64,000 nucleotides of DNA from an uncultured Fibrobacteria bacterium. Lineage in GTDB: Bacteria; Fibrobacterota; Fibrobacteria; UBA11236. Location: contig OY970309.1 of the NCBI GenBank assembly GCA_963716395.1, positions 3,232,001-3,296,000 of the forward strand, in the 5' to 3' direction. The position numbers were made by a program, and so were the translations under genes. A model generated the notes under the pieces. It saw only the letters and a program-made list of their open reading frames with translations. It had not been told where the DNA came from and ran no database searches. This document shows, piece after piece, positions 19,446 through 30,105 of this stretch (positions are counted from its first letter, which is position 1; each line of letters begins with the position of its first letter).

Positions 19446-20114
19446 ATGGCCGTTCTGAACTATGTCGAAAGCCCGCGTCAACCCGAAACCGCCGTGTATG
19501 ATCACCTGCTTCCGGCCGGCGAAGGTTGGATGCATACCCTGCGGCAGGGCCAGATTTTCCGCATCGTGGATCTCGAAGGCAACCAGGCCGTCGATACCTT
19601 GTTCTACAATGCCGCCGATCCCGCCGATCGCTACAGCGCGGTCGACACCGTGCGCGAGCAGGGGAATCTGTTTCTGTCGGCGGGCACGCGCCTGCTCTCC
19701 ACCGACGGAAATCCGCTGCTCACCATTATCGCCGATACCTGCGGCCGGCATGATACCTTGGGTGGCGCCTGCTCGGCCGAAAGCAATACCGTGCGCTATG
19801 CGCTGGAAAAGAAGTACATGCACAATTGCCGCGACAGTTTTCTTTTGGCCCTGGCCCGCGACGGGCAGGAGCTGGGCTGCGGACATCCTTGGGGAAAACG
19901 CGACCTTACGCACAACATCAATTTCTTCATGAACGTTCCGGTGACACCGGCCGGCGCGCTCACCTTCGCCGACGGAGTTTCGGAACCGGGCAAATATGTG
20001 GAGTTGCGGGCCGAGCGGGACGTGGTGGCGGTGATTTCCAATTGCCCGCAATTGAACAATCCCTGCAATGCTTACAACCCCACGCCGATTCGGCTGCTGA
20101 TCTGGGATTCATAG
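19446..20114 (+). CDS. cgdB: Urea carboxylase-associated DUF1989 protein (carboxyguanidine deiminase subunit B-like)
   Basis: [36 protein letters not shown] and [12 protein letters not shown]; AGGAG RBS before the ATG at 19446. Confidence 0.88.
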   Translation: MAVLNYVESPRQPETAVYDHLLPAGEGWMHTLRQGQIFRIVDLEGNQAVDTLFYNAADPADRYSAVDTVREQGNLFLSAGTRLLSTDGNPLLTIIADTCGRHDTLGGACSAESNTVRYALEKKYMHNCRDSFLLALARDGQELGCGHPWGKRDLTHNINFFMNVPVTPAGALTFADGVSEPGKYVELRAERDVVAVISNCPQLNNPCNAYNPTPIRLLIWDS

Positions 20115-20117
20115 CGC

Positions 20118-23100
20118 ATGTTCCGGAAAATCTTAATTGCCAACCGGGGTGAAATCGCCTGCCGGATCGCCCGGACCTTGAAACGCATGGGCATCGCCAC
20201 GGTGGCCGTTTACTCGGAAGCCGACCGAGATTCGCTGCATGTCGAGGCGGCCGACGAAGCCGTTTGCGTGGGTTCGGCTCCGGCCGGGCAAAGCTATCTC
20301 GACGCCTCCCGTATTTTGGCCGCGGCCCGCGAAACCGGCACCGAGGCATTACATCCGGGTTACGGATTCCTGAGCGAGAACGCAGCCTTTGCCGAAGCTT
20401 GCGCCGCCGCCGGCATTGCCTTCATCGGCCCGGCCCCGGATCATTTGCGCGCCTTCGGACTCAAACATGTGGCGCGCGACTTGGCCCGCGCCCAGGGCGT
20501 GCCGCTATTGCCCGGCACCGAGATTTTGCCCGACTTGGACAGCGCGCGGAGCGCCGCCGTGTCTATTGGTTTTCCCGTCATGCTCAAGGCCACGGGAGGC
20601 GGGGGTGGCATCGGCATGCGCTTGTGCCGCAACCTTTCCGAGCTCGACACCGCCTGGGAAGCCGTGGATCGATTGGCCCGCACGCATTTCAAACAAGCCG
20701 GCGCCTACCTGGAAAAATTCGTTTCCGCCGCCCGGCATATCGAAGTGCAGATTTTCGGCGACGGACGCGGCCAGGTCCTCGCCTTGGGCGATCGCGATTG
20801 CTCGGCGCAGCGCCGCCATCAAAAAGTACTGGAAGAAACTCCCGCGCCGGGGCTCGACGCCGCCGTGCGTGCCGCCCTGCACGACGCGGCCGTGCGCCTG
20901 GGCCGGGCGGTGCACTACGTCTCGGCGGGCACGGTGGAATTCGTGTATGATGCCGCCGAGAAGCGTTTTTATTTCCTCGAAGTCAACACGCGTTTGCAGG
21001 TGGAGCATGGCGTCACCGAAGCCGTCACCGGCGTTGATTTGGTGGAATGGATGGTGTTGCAAGCTGCCGGTGAAATCGGGGATTTATCGGCGCGCCAACC
21101 CGAATCTCGCGGCCATTCCCTGCAGGCGCGCCTGTACGCCGAAGATCCCGCCAAGGATTTTTTGCCCAGCGCGGGGCGGCTCACCGCGGCCCGTTTTCCG
21201 CGCGGCGTGCGCTGCGACACTTGGGTGGAAACCGGAACCGAAATCACACCGTATTACGACCCGCTGCTGGCCAAGATCATTGTACATGGCCCCGATCGCG
21301 ATGCGGCTCTGCGGGCCCTGCGCTCGGCGCTGGAGCAAACTGAGTTGGCGGGCATCGAAAGCAATCTCGACTATCTGCGTACCGTCGCAGCGTCGTCGGA
21401 ATTCGCGGTCGGCGGCATCACCACGCGCTTTCTGTCACAGTTGGAATACCACCCCGCCACCCTCGAAGTTTTGCAACCCGGCACCCAAAGCACGGTGCAG
21501 GATTGGCCGGGCCGCGTCGGCTATTGGGATGTGGGCGTGCCGCCTTCGGGTCCGATGGATGCCTATTCGTTCCGGCTCGCCAACCGCCTTCTCGGCAATC
21601 CCGAATATGCCGCGGGCCTGGAATTGACGGCCACGGGGCCGACTCTGCGCTTTCACCGCGCCTGCCGCATCGCGTTGGCGGGCGCGCCGATGCCGGCGGA
21701 AATGGAATGCGAGGGAGAACGCGTTCCGGTGCCTTACGCGGCGTCCTTTCTCGTGCCGGCCGGCGGCAAGCTCATCCTGGGCGCGGCGGCCGGACCCGGC
21801 CTGCGCGCCTACCTGTGCCTGCAAGGCGGCCTTCAGGTTCCGGCGTATATGGGCAGCCGGTCCACTTTCACCTTGGGCGGCTTCGGCGGTCATGCGGGAC
21901 GCGCCTTGCGCAGTGGCGACGTGTTGCATTTATCCACCGACGCCGATTTGGATCACGGGGCGCATGTCGACGCCGGTGCCTTGCTCGCTCCCCTCACCCG
22001 GCACTGGGTAATCGGTGTTCTTTATGGACCGCACGGTGCGCCCGATTACTTTACCGCAGAGGATATCGAAACTTTTTTCGCCTCGGAATGGGAAGTGCAT
22101 TTTCATTCCAACCGCACGGGCATACGCCTCGTCGGACCCAAACCCAAGTGGGCGCGCGCCGACGGCGGCGAAGCCGGATTGCATCCCTCCAACATCCATG
22201 ACAACCCCTATGCCGTGGGCGCGGTGGATTTCACCGGCGACATGCCGATTTTATTGGGTCCCGACGGACCCAGCCTGGGCGGCTTCGTCTGCCCGGCCAC
22301 GGTGGCGCAGGCCGAGCTGTGGAAGCTGGGCCAATTGCGCCCCGGCGACACGGTGCGTTTCATGCGCTGGTCATTGGCCGAAGCGCGCCGCCGCGAAACC
22401 GAACAAGAAAACACCTTGCGCGATTTGCGCGTGCCTTCTTCTTCGCCTGTCCCGCCTAGGGTTTCCGAACACGCCGTGCTGCTGCGCGTAACGGCAACCC
22501 CACAGGGGCCGGCGGTTTGCTATCGGCGTAGCGGCGACCGCCATTTGCTGATCGAATACGGCGAGCCGGTTTTGGATCTCAATCTGCGCTTCCGCGCGCA
22601 TGCCCTGATGCAGGCCGTGGCCGGCTTGCGGTTGCCGGGATTGATCGATCTCACGCCGGGCATCCGCTCGTTGCAAATTCATTTTGACAGCCGGGTACTC
22701 GACCCCGAGGATTTGCTGCGGCAGGTGGCGGATCTCGAAAGCGGGCTGCCCGCGGTCGACGATTTGGAAATCCCATCGCGCGTTTTGCATTTGCCGCTGT
22801 CGTGGGACGACGAAGCCATCCATCGTGTGATCGAGAAATACATGCAGGTGGTGCGTGCCGACGCGCCCTGGTGCCCGAGCAATATCGAATTCATCCGCCG
22901 CATCAACGGATTGGATTCCATCGACGAGGTGAAGCGCATCGTGTTCGACGCGCGTTATCTCGTGCTGGGATTGGGCGACGTGTACCTGGGCGCGCCGGTG
23001 GCCACGCCGCTGGACCCGCGCCATCGCCTAGTCACCACCAAATACAATCCGGCCCGCACCTGGACGGTGGAAAACGTGGTGGGCATCGGCGGCGCCTACA

Positions 23101-23723
23101 TGTGTATCTACGGCATGGAAGGTCCGGGCGGCTATCAATTGTTCGGCCGCACCGTGCCGGTGTGGAATACCTGGAGGGAGACGCGCGAGTTCCAGCCGGG
23201 CTTTCCCTGGCTGCTGCGCTTCTTCGATCAAATCCGTTTCTACCCGGTCAGCGGCGAAGAATTGCTGGCCTTCCGCCATGACTTTACCCGCGGGCGCGCC
23301 CGCATCAAAATCGAAGAAGAGAAATTCAGCCTGCGCGCTTATAATTGCTGGCTGGTGGAAAACCAGGAATCGATCGCGGCTTTCCGACGTACGCAACGGC
23401 AGGCTTTTGCCGAGGAACGCGAGCGCTGGAAACTCCTGGGCCAAGAAGGTGAAGGCCGCGCACCGGAGGCAGCCCCGGCCGACGAAACCGAGGTGCCGCC
23501 GGGCTGCGTGGCCCTGGCTTCGCCCATTACCGGCAATGTTTGGAAAATTCTGGTGCGTCCCGGTGACCGGATCGAAAACGAAGCCGCCCTTATGGTGCTG
23601 GAAAGCATGAAGATGGAATTCACCGTGCCCGCGCCCGCGGCCGGAACCGTTCAGGCCCTAGCCTGCCGCGAAGGCATGACCGTGCATAGCGGCCAATTGC
23701 TGGCCGTGATCCGGCCCGCATAA
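20118..23723 (+). CDS. uca: Urea/guanidine carboxylase (biotin-dependent)
   Basis: Biotin carboxylase (IANRGEIA, RDCSAQRRHQK, EVNTRLQVEH), carboxyltransferase (GLHPSNIHD...DGPSLGGF, TTKYNPARTWT) and biotinyl ESMKME. Confidence 0.97.
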   Translation: MFRKILIANRGEIACRIARTLKRMGIATVAVYSEADRDSLHVEAADEAVCVGSAPAGQSYLDASRILAAARETGTEALHPGYGFLSENAAFAEACAAAGIAFIGPAPDHLRAFGLKHVARDLARAQGVPLLPGTEILPDLDSARSAAVSIGFPVMLKATGGGGGIGMRLCRNLSELDTAWEAVDRLARTHFKQAGAYLEKFVSAARHIEVQIFGDGRGQVLALGDRDCSAQRRHQKVLEETPAPGLDAAVRAALHDAAVRLGRAVHYVSAGTVEFVYDAAEKRFYFLEVNTRLQVEHGVTEAVTGVDLVEWMVLQAAGEIGDLSARQPESRGHSLQARLYAEDPAKDFLPSAGRLTAARFPRGVRCDTWVETGTEITPYYDPLLAKIIVHGPDRDAALRALRSALEQTELAGIESNLDYLRTVAASSEFAVGGITTRFLSQLEYHPATLEVLQPGTQSTVQDWPGRVGYWDVGVPPSGPMDAYSFRLANRLLGNPEYAAGLELTATGPTLRFHRACRIALAGAPMPAEMECEGERVPVPYAASFLVPAGGKLILGAAAGPGLRAYLCLQGGLQVPAYMGSRSTFTLGGFGGHAGRALRSGDVLHLSTDADLDHGAHVDAGALLAPLTRHWVIGVLYGPHGAPDYFTAEDIETFFASEWEVHFHSNRTGIRLVGPKPKWARADGGEAGLHPSNIHDNPYAVGAVDFTGDMPILLGPDGPSLGGFVCPATVAQAELWKLGQLRPGDTVRFMRWSLAEARRRETEQENTLRDLRVPSSSPVPPRVSEHAVLLRVTATPQGPAVCYRRSGDRHLLIEYGEPVLDLNLRFRAHALMQAVAGLRLPGLIDLTPGIRSLQIHFDSRVLDPEDLLRQVADLESGLPAVDDLEIPSRVLHLPLSWDDEAIHRVIEKYMQVVRADAPWCPSNIEFIRRINGLDSIDEVKRIVFDARYLVLGLGDVYLGAPVATPLDPRHRLVTTKYNPARTWTVENVVGIGGAYMCIYGMEGPGGYQLFGRTVPVWNTWRETREFQPGFPWLLRFFDQIRFYPVSGEELLAFRHDFTRGRARIKIEEEKFSLRAYNCWLVENQESIAAFRRTQRQAFAEERERWKLLGQEGEGRAPEAAPADETEVPPGCVALASPITGNVWKILVRPGDRIENEAALMVLESMKMEFTVPAPAAGTVQALACREGMTVHSGQLLAVIRPA

Positions 23724-23813
23724 CCGTCGCGTCTCCGGCGCAAAAAAAGCCGACGGGAATTTCCGAATGGCTCTAGGTTAAGAAAGTCTCGTTTTCCCAG
23801 AAGGGAAATACGC

Positions 23814-24947
23814 ATGGGGCCAATTGCAGCCATTCCTTTTCTTTTGGCCCTTGCCATTACGCGGGGTTCCGGCCAAGTGTCGGGGGCCTGGCAATTTCAG
23901 TGGAGCGATGAATTCAACGGCACGGCGGTGGACTCATCGATGTGGGGTTACGAAATCGGTTATATCCGGAATCAAGAGCTGCAATACTACACTAACCGCA
24001 CGGAAAATTCCCGCAGCGAAAACGGAACGCTTCTCATCCAGGCGCTGCAAGATAATTGGAACGGTCACCCCTATACCTCCGCCAGCCGCACCACCCGGAA
24101 TAAGCGGTCGTTTCTTTACGGCCGTCTGGAAATGCGGGCCAAGATCGACGCGCGCGCCGGAAGCTGGCCGGCATGGTGGTGGCTGCCGGATAGCGGCGGT
24201 TGGCCTCTCGGAGGCGAAATCGACATGATGGAATTTTACCAGGGCAAGTGTCTGTTCAACGTCATGGATGGAACCGGCCAATGGACTTCGGTTACCCGCA
24301 CCATCGACTCTTTGGGCGGCGCCGCTTGGACCGCGGCCTACCATGTCTGGACCATGGAATGGGATTCCACGCGCATCGACCTCTCGCTCGACGGAGTGCT
24401 CATGAACCATTACCCCTTGGCGAACGCCGATGGAACCGGACCGAATGGATCCAATCCTTTTCGGCGGCCGGGATACCTGATCGTCAACCAGGCCATCGGC
24501 GGCACTTCCGGAGGAGATCCGTCCAACACGGTTTTTCCGGTCAACTACAGTATTGACTGGATTCGCTTGCATACTTGGAGCCAGGCTATCGGATATACCC
24601 TCACCGTTAACCACGGAACGGGAAGCGGTCCCTACGTTCCCGCTACGACGGCGTCCATCACCGCCGACATGCCTCCGCCAGGGGAAGTCTTCGACCGCTG
24701 GATGATCCAAGCGGGGAATCCCACCATCGATTCCTCCGCCTCGCCCTCGGCCCTGTTGACCATGCCCGCCGAAAATGTCACCGTCACCCCCACCTACAAA
24801 GCCGCAAGTTCCATCTCCTTCCGCTCGGGCGGAACAATGGCCGACTCTCCGCGGCCATTTTCCCGCATCGATTTTTTCGATGTGAATGGGAGAAGACTTT
24901 TTTTCAACCAGCGCAGCGCCGATCACATGGAGTTGTTCGCCAGGTAA
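23814..24947 (+). CDS. Secreted GH16 glycoside hydrolase (laminarinase-like) with a C-terminal beta-repeat and sorting-type tail
   Basis: WSDEFNG, YTSAS, WPAWW, catalytic GEIDMME, and C-tail DFFDVNGR. Confidence 0.88.
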   Translation: MGPIAAIPFLLALAITRGSGQVSGAWQFQWSDEFNGTAVDSSMWGYEIGYIRNQELQYYTNRTENSRSENGTLLIQALQDNWNGHPYTSASRTTRNKRSFLYGRLEMRAKIDARAGSWPAWWWLPDSGGWPLGGEIDMMEFYQGKCLFNVMDGTGQWTSVTRTIDSLGGAAWTAAYHVWTMEWDSTRIDLSLDGVLMNHYPLANADGTGPNGSNPFRRPGYLIVNQAIGGTSGGDPSNTVFPVNYSIDWIRLHTWSQAIGYTLTVNHGTGSGPYVPATTASITADMPPPGEVFDRWMIQAGNPTIDSSASPSALLTMPAENVTVTPTYKAASSISFRSGGTMADSPRPFSRIDFFDVNGRRLFFNQRSADHMELFAR

Positions 24948-25033
24948 AACGGCTCGGCAAACAGCCTTTAGCTTTTCGGCGCGGGATTCCGTTCGTGAGG
25001 CGGACGGGCCGCGGGTAAGTCTTAACCCTGACG

Positions 25034-25058
25034 CCCGGCCGGAATTGATCCGGCCGGG
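25034..25058. terminator. GC-rich hairpin between convergent GH16 and tkt genes
   Basis: cccggccgga-attga-tccggccggg forms a perfect 10-bp stem 10 nt past the tkt stop; no U-tract. Confidence 0.45.
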
Positions 25059-25068
25059 GCGCGGCGCG

Positions 25069-27144
25069 TCAACCCACGCCCAACGCCGCCAGCTTGTTCA
25101 CATTGGACCGGTAACGCCCGAGATACGCTTCGGTCTGGGCCACGACGTTGGCGGCGGTGTACCCGAATTTCTCGTCCAACACCTTGAACGGGGCGGAAGC
25201 ACCGAAGCGGCTCATGCCAAAGACCTCTCCCAGCGGCCCCACCAGGTTGCGGAGCGTGCTGGGTTCGCCGGCCGTCCACCCCAAGGTCGGGATGCCGAAG
25301 GGAAGCACGGATTCGCGGTAACTTTCCGGTTGCTCGCGGAAAAGGCCTTCGGAAATGGCCGACACCACGCGCACCTTCAGTCCCTTTTCTTTGAGCTTGG
25401 CCGCACCTTCGACCAAAAGCGAAACCTCGGATCCGTTAGCCAGCAAAATCACATCGGGCCGGGCCGCGCCTGCGACCACGACGTAGGCGCCATGCGCCAC
25501 GCCCGTCAAGGCATCGTCGAAGCGACGGGCGGATTGGGCCGGCAGGTCGGCCACGGGCTGGCGCGTCAGGACGATGGCGGCCGGTACCTTCGATTCCAAC
25601 GCCAGCTTCCACGCCACCGTGGTTTCGGCCGCATCGCCGGGGCGCAGGGCCAGGAAGGAGCGATGCCCTTCGAGGTTGGCGATGCGCTCCAACAGCCGCA
25701 ATTGCGCCTCCTGCTCAATGGGCTGATGCGTGGGCCCGTCTTCGCCCACGCGAAAGGCGTCATGCGACCAGAGGTAGATGACATGCGCGCCCATGATGGC
25801 CGCGAGGCGCATGGCCGGTTTCTGAAAATCGCTGAAGGCAAAAAAGGTTCCGCCCGCGGGAATGCAGCCGCCGTGCAAGGCGATGCCGGTCATGACTCCC
25901 GCCATGGTCAGCTCGGAAACGCCGGCCTGCAAAAAAGCCCCGGAGAAATCGGTGCGGGTGAAAATTTTGGTCATCTTGAGAAAACCTTCGGTGTAATCGC
26001 TGTCGGCCAAATCGGCCGACATCACGATCAGGTTTTCCATCTTGCCCGCCAAGTAATGCAGCACGTTCTTGGACGCGGCGCGCGTGGCCTGGCCGGATGG
26101 CTGCTCGATGGCGCCCCAATCCAGCGCCGGCAACTTTCCGGCGTAGAAAGATCGCAGCTTGGCGGCCGCAGCGGGATGGGCCTCGGCCCATTCGGCGCCT
26201 TGTGCCTTGGCGGCCCGTGCCGCCGCGCTTTTCTCGGCGCGCACCATTTTCATGGTTGCGGCCACGTCGGGGAAAAGTTGAAACGGGTTTTTCGGATCGC
26301 CGCCCAGCACTTCCACGGTTTTCTCGTAGCTGGCTTCGCTTTTCGACAGCGGGTTGCCGTGCAATTTGGGGCTACCTTCGTAGGGGGAACCGTCGGCCCG
26401 CACCGCGCCCTTGCCCATGATGGTATGCCCGAGGATGAAGGTGGGTTTTTCTTTTTCGGCCCAGGCGCGCTGGAGCGCGGCGCGCATTTGATCATAGTCA
26501 TGTCCGTTGACGGTTTCGGTGCGCCAGCCCCAGGCCTCGTATTTTTTGGCCGTGTCTTCGCTCATGGTGTCGCGCGTCATATGCGAGAGTTGCACGCCGT
26601 TCGAGTCGTAAAACAGGATCAAATTCGACATCCCGAGATGCCCGGCCAGACGGCCCACGCCCTGCGACACCTCTTCTTCGACGCCGCCGTCGGAGATATA
26701 GCCCACGGTTTTATGTTCCATCCAATCGCCGAAACGGGCGCGCAAAAAGCGTTCGGCAATGGCCGCGCCCAGGGCCATCACATGGCCCTGGCCCAGCGGG
26801 CCTGAGGTGTTTTCGATGCCGCGCGCCACGTCGATTTCGGGGTGACCGGGCGTGGGGCTTTCCCATTGCCGGAAGCGCGACAAGTCGTCCATGGAATAAA
26901 GCCCGAACAGCGACAGGGTCGAGTACAGCATGGCGGATAAATGCCCGGCGTCGAGAAAAAAGCGATCGCGTTCGGGCCAGCGCATGTCCTCGGGATCGAA
27001 GCCCAGAAACTCGGTGTACAGGAGCGCCATGAAATCGGCGCCGCCCATAGGGCCGCCCGGATGACCCGACTTGGCTTTCTCGGGCATGGAGACCGACAGC
27101 ACGCGCAGGTTGTCGGCGATACGTTTGAGCATGGCATTATCCAT
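25069..27144 (-). CDS. tkt: Transketolase
   Basis: SGHPGG, RDRFFLDAGH, TPGHPE, GPLGQG, SDG TPP motif and VGEDGPTHQPIEQ. Confidence 0.96.
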   Translation of the reverse strand: MDNAMLKRIADNLRVLSVSMPEKAKSGHPGGPMGGADFMALLYTEFLGFDPEDMRWPERDRFFLDAGHLSAMLYSTLSLFGLYSMDDLSRFRQWESPTPGHPEIDVARGIENTSGPLGQGHVMALGAAIAERFLRARFGDWMEHKTVGYISDGGVEEEVSQGVGRLAGHLGMSNLILFYDSNGVQLSHMTRDTMSEDTAKKYEAWGWRTETVNGHDYDQMRAALQRAWAEKEKPTFILGHTIMGKGAVRADGSPYEGSPKLHGNPLSKSEASYEKTVEVLGGDPKNPFQLFPDVAATMKMVRAEKSAAARAAKAQGAEWAEAHPAAAAKLRSFYAGKLPALDWGAIEQPSGQATRAASKNVLHYLAGKMENLIVMSADLADSDYTEGFLKMTKIFTRTDFSGAFLQAGVSELTMAGVMTGIALHGGCIPAGGTFFAFSDFQKPAMRLAAIMGAHVIYLWSHDAFRVGEDGPTHQPIEQEAQLRLLERIANLEGHRSFLALRPGDAAETTVAWKLALESKVPAAIVLTRQPVADLPAQSARRFDDALTGVAHGAYVVVAGAARPDVILLANGSEVSLLVEGAAKLKEKGLKVRVVSAISEGLFREQPESYRESVLPFGIPTLGWTAGEPSTLRNLVGPLGEVFGMSRFGASAPFKVLDEKFGYTAANVVAQTEAYLGRYRSNVNKLAALGVG

Positions 27145-27312
27145 CGATTTCCTCCGGGAATGAACTATTGCGGAAAGTTAATAAGGAGGCGCAGGGGAAT
27201 CGCGTGATCCCTGTTTCAAGCTGCGACAAGCAACGCCTTCGCCGCGACTCCGCGGTGAAAAGGGTCCGACCGTGCGGAACAAGGATGGTATCTTTGTCCC
27301 CGGAGTTCATGG

Positions 27313-29133
27313 GTGAAACGTAAACCGCAATTTCAACTCGGCTTTCTGGCCCTGGCCGTGCTCGGGATTTTCCTCGGGCATCTCATGCTCAACGCCATGG
27401 CCAAGATCGCCGAAATCCCCTACAGCCAATTCCTGACTTTGCTGGATCAGAACAAAATTTCCGAGGTACAGGTCACCGATGAATACGTGCGCGGAACGCT
27501 CAAAGAGCCGCTCAAAACCGGGCAGAAAGAATTCGTGGCGGTACGCGTCGACAACGACTTCGCCAAATTGCTGCAAGGCCACGACATCAAATTCTCGGCG
27601 CAGGTCGAGAACACCTTTTTCCACGAGGTGTTGTCGTGGATTGTGCCGGTGTTCTTCTTCTTCATCCTGTGGATGTTTCTCATGCGGCGCTTTTCCGGCG
27701 GCGGGGGCATGGGCGGCAACTTTCTGGCCGTGGGCAAAAGCAAGGCGCGCATTTATGCCGAAACCGATATCCCCGAGCGTTTCAAAGACGTGGCCGGCGT
27801 CGACGAAGCCAAAGAAGAGTTGAAAGAACTGGTGGATTTTCTGCGCAACCCGGCGGCCTACGGCCGCTTGGGCGGGCGCATGCCCAAGGGCGTTTTGCTG
27901 GTGGGTCCGCCCGGCACCGGCAAAACCCTTTTGGCCAAGGCCGTGGCCGGCGAGGCCAAGGTTCCTTTCTTCTCCATTTCCGGGTCCGAATTCGTCGAGA
28001 TGTTCGTAGGGGTGGGCGCGGCCCGCGTGCGCGATCTCTTCGAACAGGCGCGCAAAAAGGCGCCCTGTATCGTGTTCGTCGACGAACTCGACGCTTTGGG
28101 CCGGGCGCGCGCGGTGGGCGGTTTCTCCGGCGGGCATGATGAAAAAGAGCAGACCTTGAACCAACTGCTGGTGGAAATGGACGGCTTCGATTCCACCAAC
28201 GGTCTGGTGATGCTGGCCGCCACCAATCGCCCGGAAATTCTCGATCCGGCGTTGCTGCGCGCCGGCCGCTTCGACCGCCAGGTGCTGGTCGACCGTCCCG
28301 AAATGTCGGGCCGCGTGGCCATTCTCAAGGTGCATCTGGTGAAAATCCAGGCCGATCCCGCTTTGAATCTCGAAAGCGTGGCGTCGATCACATCGGGTTT
28401 CACCGGCGCGGATCTCGCGAACCTGGTGAACGAGGCGGCTTTGATCGCCACACGCCACGGGTCTAAAATGGTAACCCAGGCCGATTTCACCGAAGGCATG
28501 GAACGCATCGTGGCCGGGCTCGAGAAAAAAAGCCGGGTGCTGAGCCCGAAGGAAAAGGAAATCGTGGCTTACCACGAAATGGGTCACGCCCTGCTGGGCG
28601 CGGTGGCGCCGGGCGCGGGCTTGGTGCACAAGGTGTCGATTATTCCACGCGGCGTGGGAGCCTTGGGTTACACCATTCAGCGGCCCACCGAGGATCGCTT
28701 TCTCATGACGCGCGAAGAGCTCGACCAAAAGCTGGGCGTGCTGCTGGGCGGTCGGGCGGCCGAGCATCTTATCTTCGGGCATTTCTCCACGGGCGCGGCC
28801 GATGATTTGGCGCGCGCCACCGATGTGGCCCGCAGCATGGCCACGCGCTACGGCATGGTGGAAGCGCTGGGACACGCCACCTACGAGCGCGAGCCCCACA
28901 ACTTTCTCGGAGTCCCGAACATGCCTTCGGCACGGGAATACAGCGAAAAAACCGCAGCCGAAATCGACGAAGCCGTGCAGGCCATTCTCGACACGGCTTT
29001 TAAAAAAGCGCGCCAGTTTTTGGCCGACAATATCGCCGTGCTGAAGTCCGGGGCTCAGGCTCTGCTGGCCAAAGAAACTTTGGCCGAAGACGAACTCAAA
29101 GCCCTGTTCGGGCAATTGCAGCATTCGGCTTGA
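27313..29133 (+). CDS. ftsH: ATP-dependent zinc metalloprotease FtsH
   Basis: Two TM helices, [15 protein letters not shown] pore loop, [12 protein letters not shown] and HEMGH zinc site. Confidence 0.96.
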   Translation: MKRKPQFQLGFLALAVLGIFLGHLMLNAMAKIAEIPYSQFLTLLDQNKISEVQVTDEYVRGTLKEPLKTGQKEFVAVRVDNDFAKLLQGHDIKFSAQVENTFFHEVLSWIVPVFFFFILWMFLMRRFSGGGGMGGNFLAVGKSKARIYAETDIPERFKDVAGVDEAKEELKELVDFLRNPAAYGRLGGRMPKGVLLVGPPGTGKTLLAKAVAGEAKVPFFSISGSEFVEMFVGVGAARVRDLFEQARKKAPCIVFVDELDALGRARAVGGFSGGHDEKEQTLNQLLVEMDGFDSTNGLVMLAATNRPEILDPALLRAGRFDRQVLVDRPEMSGRVAILKVHLVKIQADPALNLESVASITSGFTGADLANLVNEAALIATRHGSKMVTQADFTEGMERIVAGLEKKSRVLSPKEKEIVAYHEMGHALLGAVAPGAGLVHKVSIIPRGVGALGYTIQRPTEDRFLMTREELDQKLGVLLGGRAAEHLIFGHFSTGAADDLARATDVARSMATRYGMVEALGHATYEREPHNFLGVPNMPSAREYSEKTAAEIDEAVQAILDTAFKKARQFLADNIAVLKSGAQALLAKETLAEDELKALFGQLQHSA

Positions 29134-29186
29134 ATTCGGATGCGGCTTCGGCGTTCTCCGGCGACGATAAGGTATAATTGGCCGAA

Positions 29187-29480
29187 ATGCCGACCGAACT
29201 CAAACTGCAGATCTTCTTTGCCGCCTTGCTCTGTGCGTCGCTGTTCGGCCTGGCGCTGGTGATGGCCCGCACCCTGACCGGTTTGGAATATGCGATGAAC
29301 CGCATCGAGGAAATCATGGGCAAGGAATTGCGCCTGGCCCGCGAACAGCTCGACCGCGAAAAAGACGCCGCGCAAAAGACGGCGCATCAAAACGACCGCA
29401 AGCCGCGAAACGAACTGCTGATCAACATCCCCTTCATGGATCGCCTCAACCAAGAGAAGCAAAAGGGCGGCGCCGCCTAA
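29187..29480 (+). CDS. Small single-TM coiled-coil hypothetical protein
   Basis: Hydrophobic N-terminus followed by a charged helix; fits between ftsH and gmk. Confidence 0.65.
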   Translation: MPTELKLQIFFAALLCASLFGLALVMARTLTGLEYAMNRIEEIMGKELRLAREQLDREKDAAQKTAHQNDRKPRNELLINIPFMDRLNQEKQKGGAA

Positions 29481-29495
29481 CGCTTCCGGCCTGCC

Positions 29496-30080
29496 ATGAC
29501 TCCCGGCCGTCCCATCGTGATCTCCGCCCCTTCGGGGGCCGGCAAAAGCTCTTTGATCGGGGCCTTGCTGCGGCGCCTGCCCGCCTTGCAATATTCGATC
29601 TCGGCCACCACGCGGCCGCCGCGCCCCGGCGAAGTCGAAGGCGTGCATTACTTCTTTAAAACGCCGGAACAATTTCAGGCCATGCAAGCGGCCGGCGCCC
29701 TGGCCGAATACAACGAAGTGCACGGAAACTTTTACGGAACTCCGTGCGTGCCGCTGGACGCCGCTTTGCGCCAGGGTCGAAGCGTGGTGCTGGATCTCGA
29801 CGTTTACGGCAAGGTCAATTTCGACCGCGTTTATCCCGATGCGCTGGGTATTCTCATCGTGCCACCCAGCTTCGCAGAACTCGAACATCGGCTGCTGGCG
29901 CGCGGCACCGACGCGCCGCAAACCATCGTATTGCGCCTGAAGAACGCGCGCGCCGAACTGGAATTTGCCCGAACGCACGGCAAATATGAACACACCGTGG
30001 TCAATGACGATTTCAATCGCGCGCTGATGGAACTACAGGCTGTGGTGGAAGCCGCGTTGTCGCAACTGGACGGCGCTTAA
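29496..30080 (+). CDS. gmk: Guanylate kinase
   Basis: SAPSGAGKSS, SATTRPPRPGEVEGVHYFF and NFYGT. Confidence 0.96.
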   Translation: MTPGRPIVISAPSGAGKSSLIGALLRRLPALQYSISATTRPPRPGEVEGVHYFFKTPEQFQAMQAAGALAEYNEVHGNFYGTPCVPLDAALRQGRSVVLDLDVYGKVNFDRVYPDALGILIVPPSFAELEHRLLARGTDAPQTIVLRLKNARAELEFARTHGKYEHTVVNDDFNRALMELQAVVEAALSQLDGA

Positions 30081-30105
30081 ACCGCCGGGCCAGGCCGGCC
30101 GAAAA

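Noticed and set aside
27190-27312. Several small hairpins upstream of ftsH (possible RNA thermometer)
   Set aside because: The stems are short and expected by chance at this GC content; no ROSE or fourU motif.
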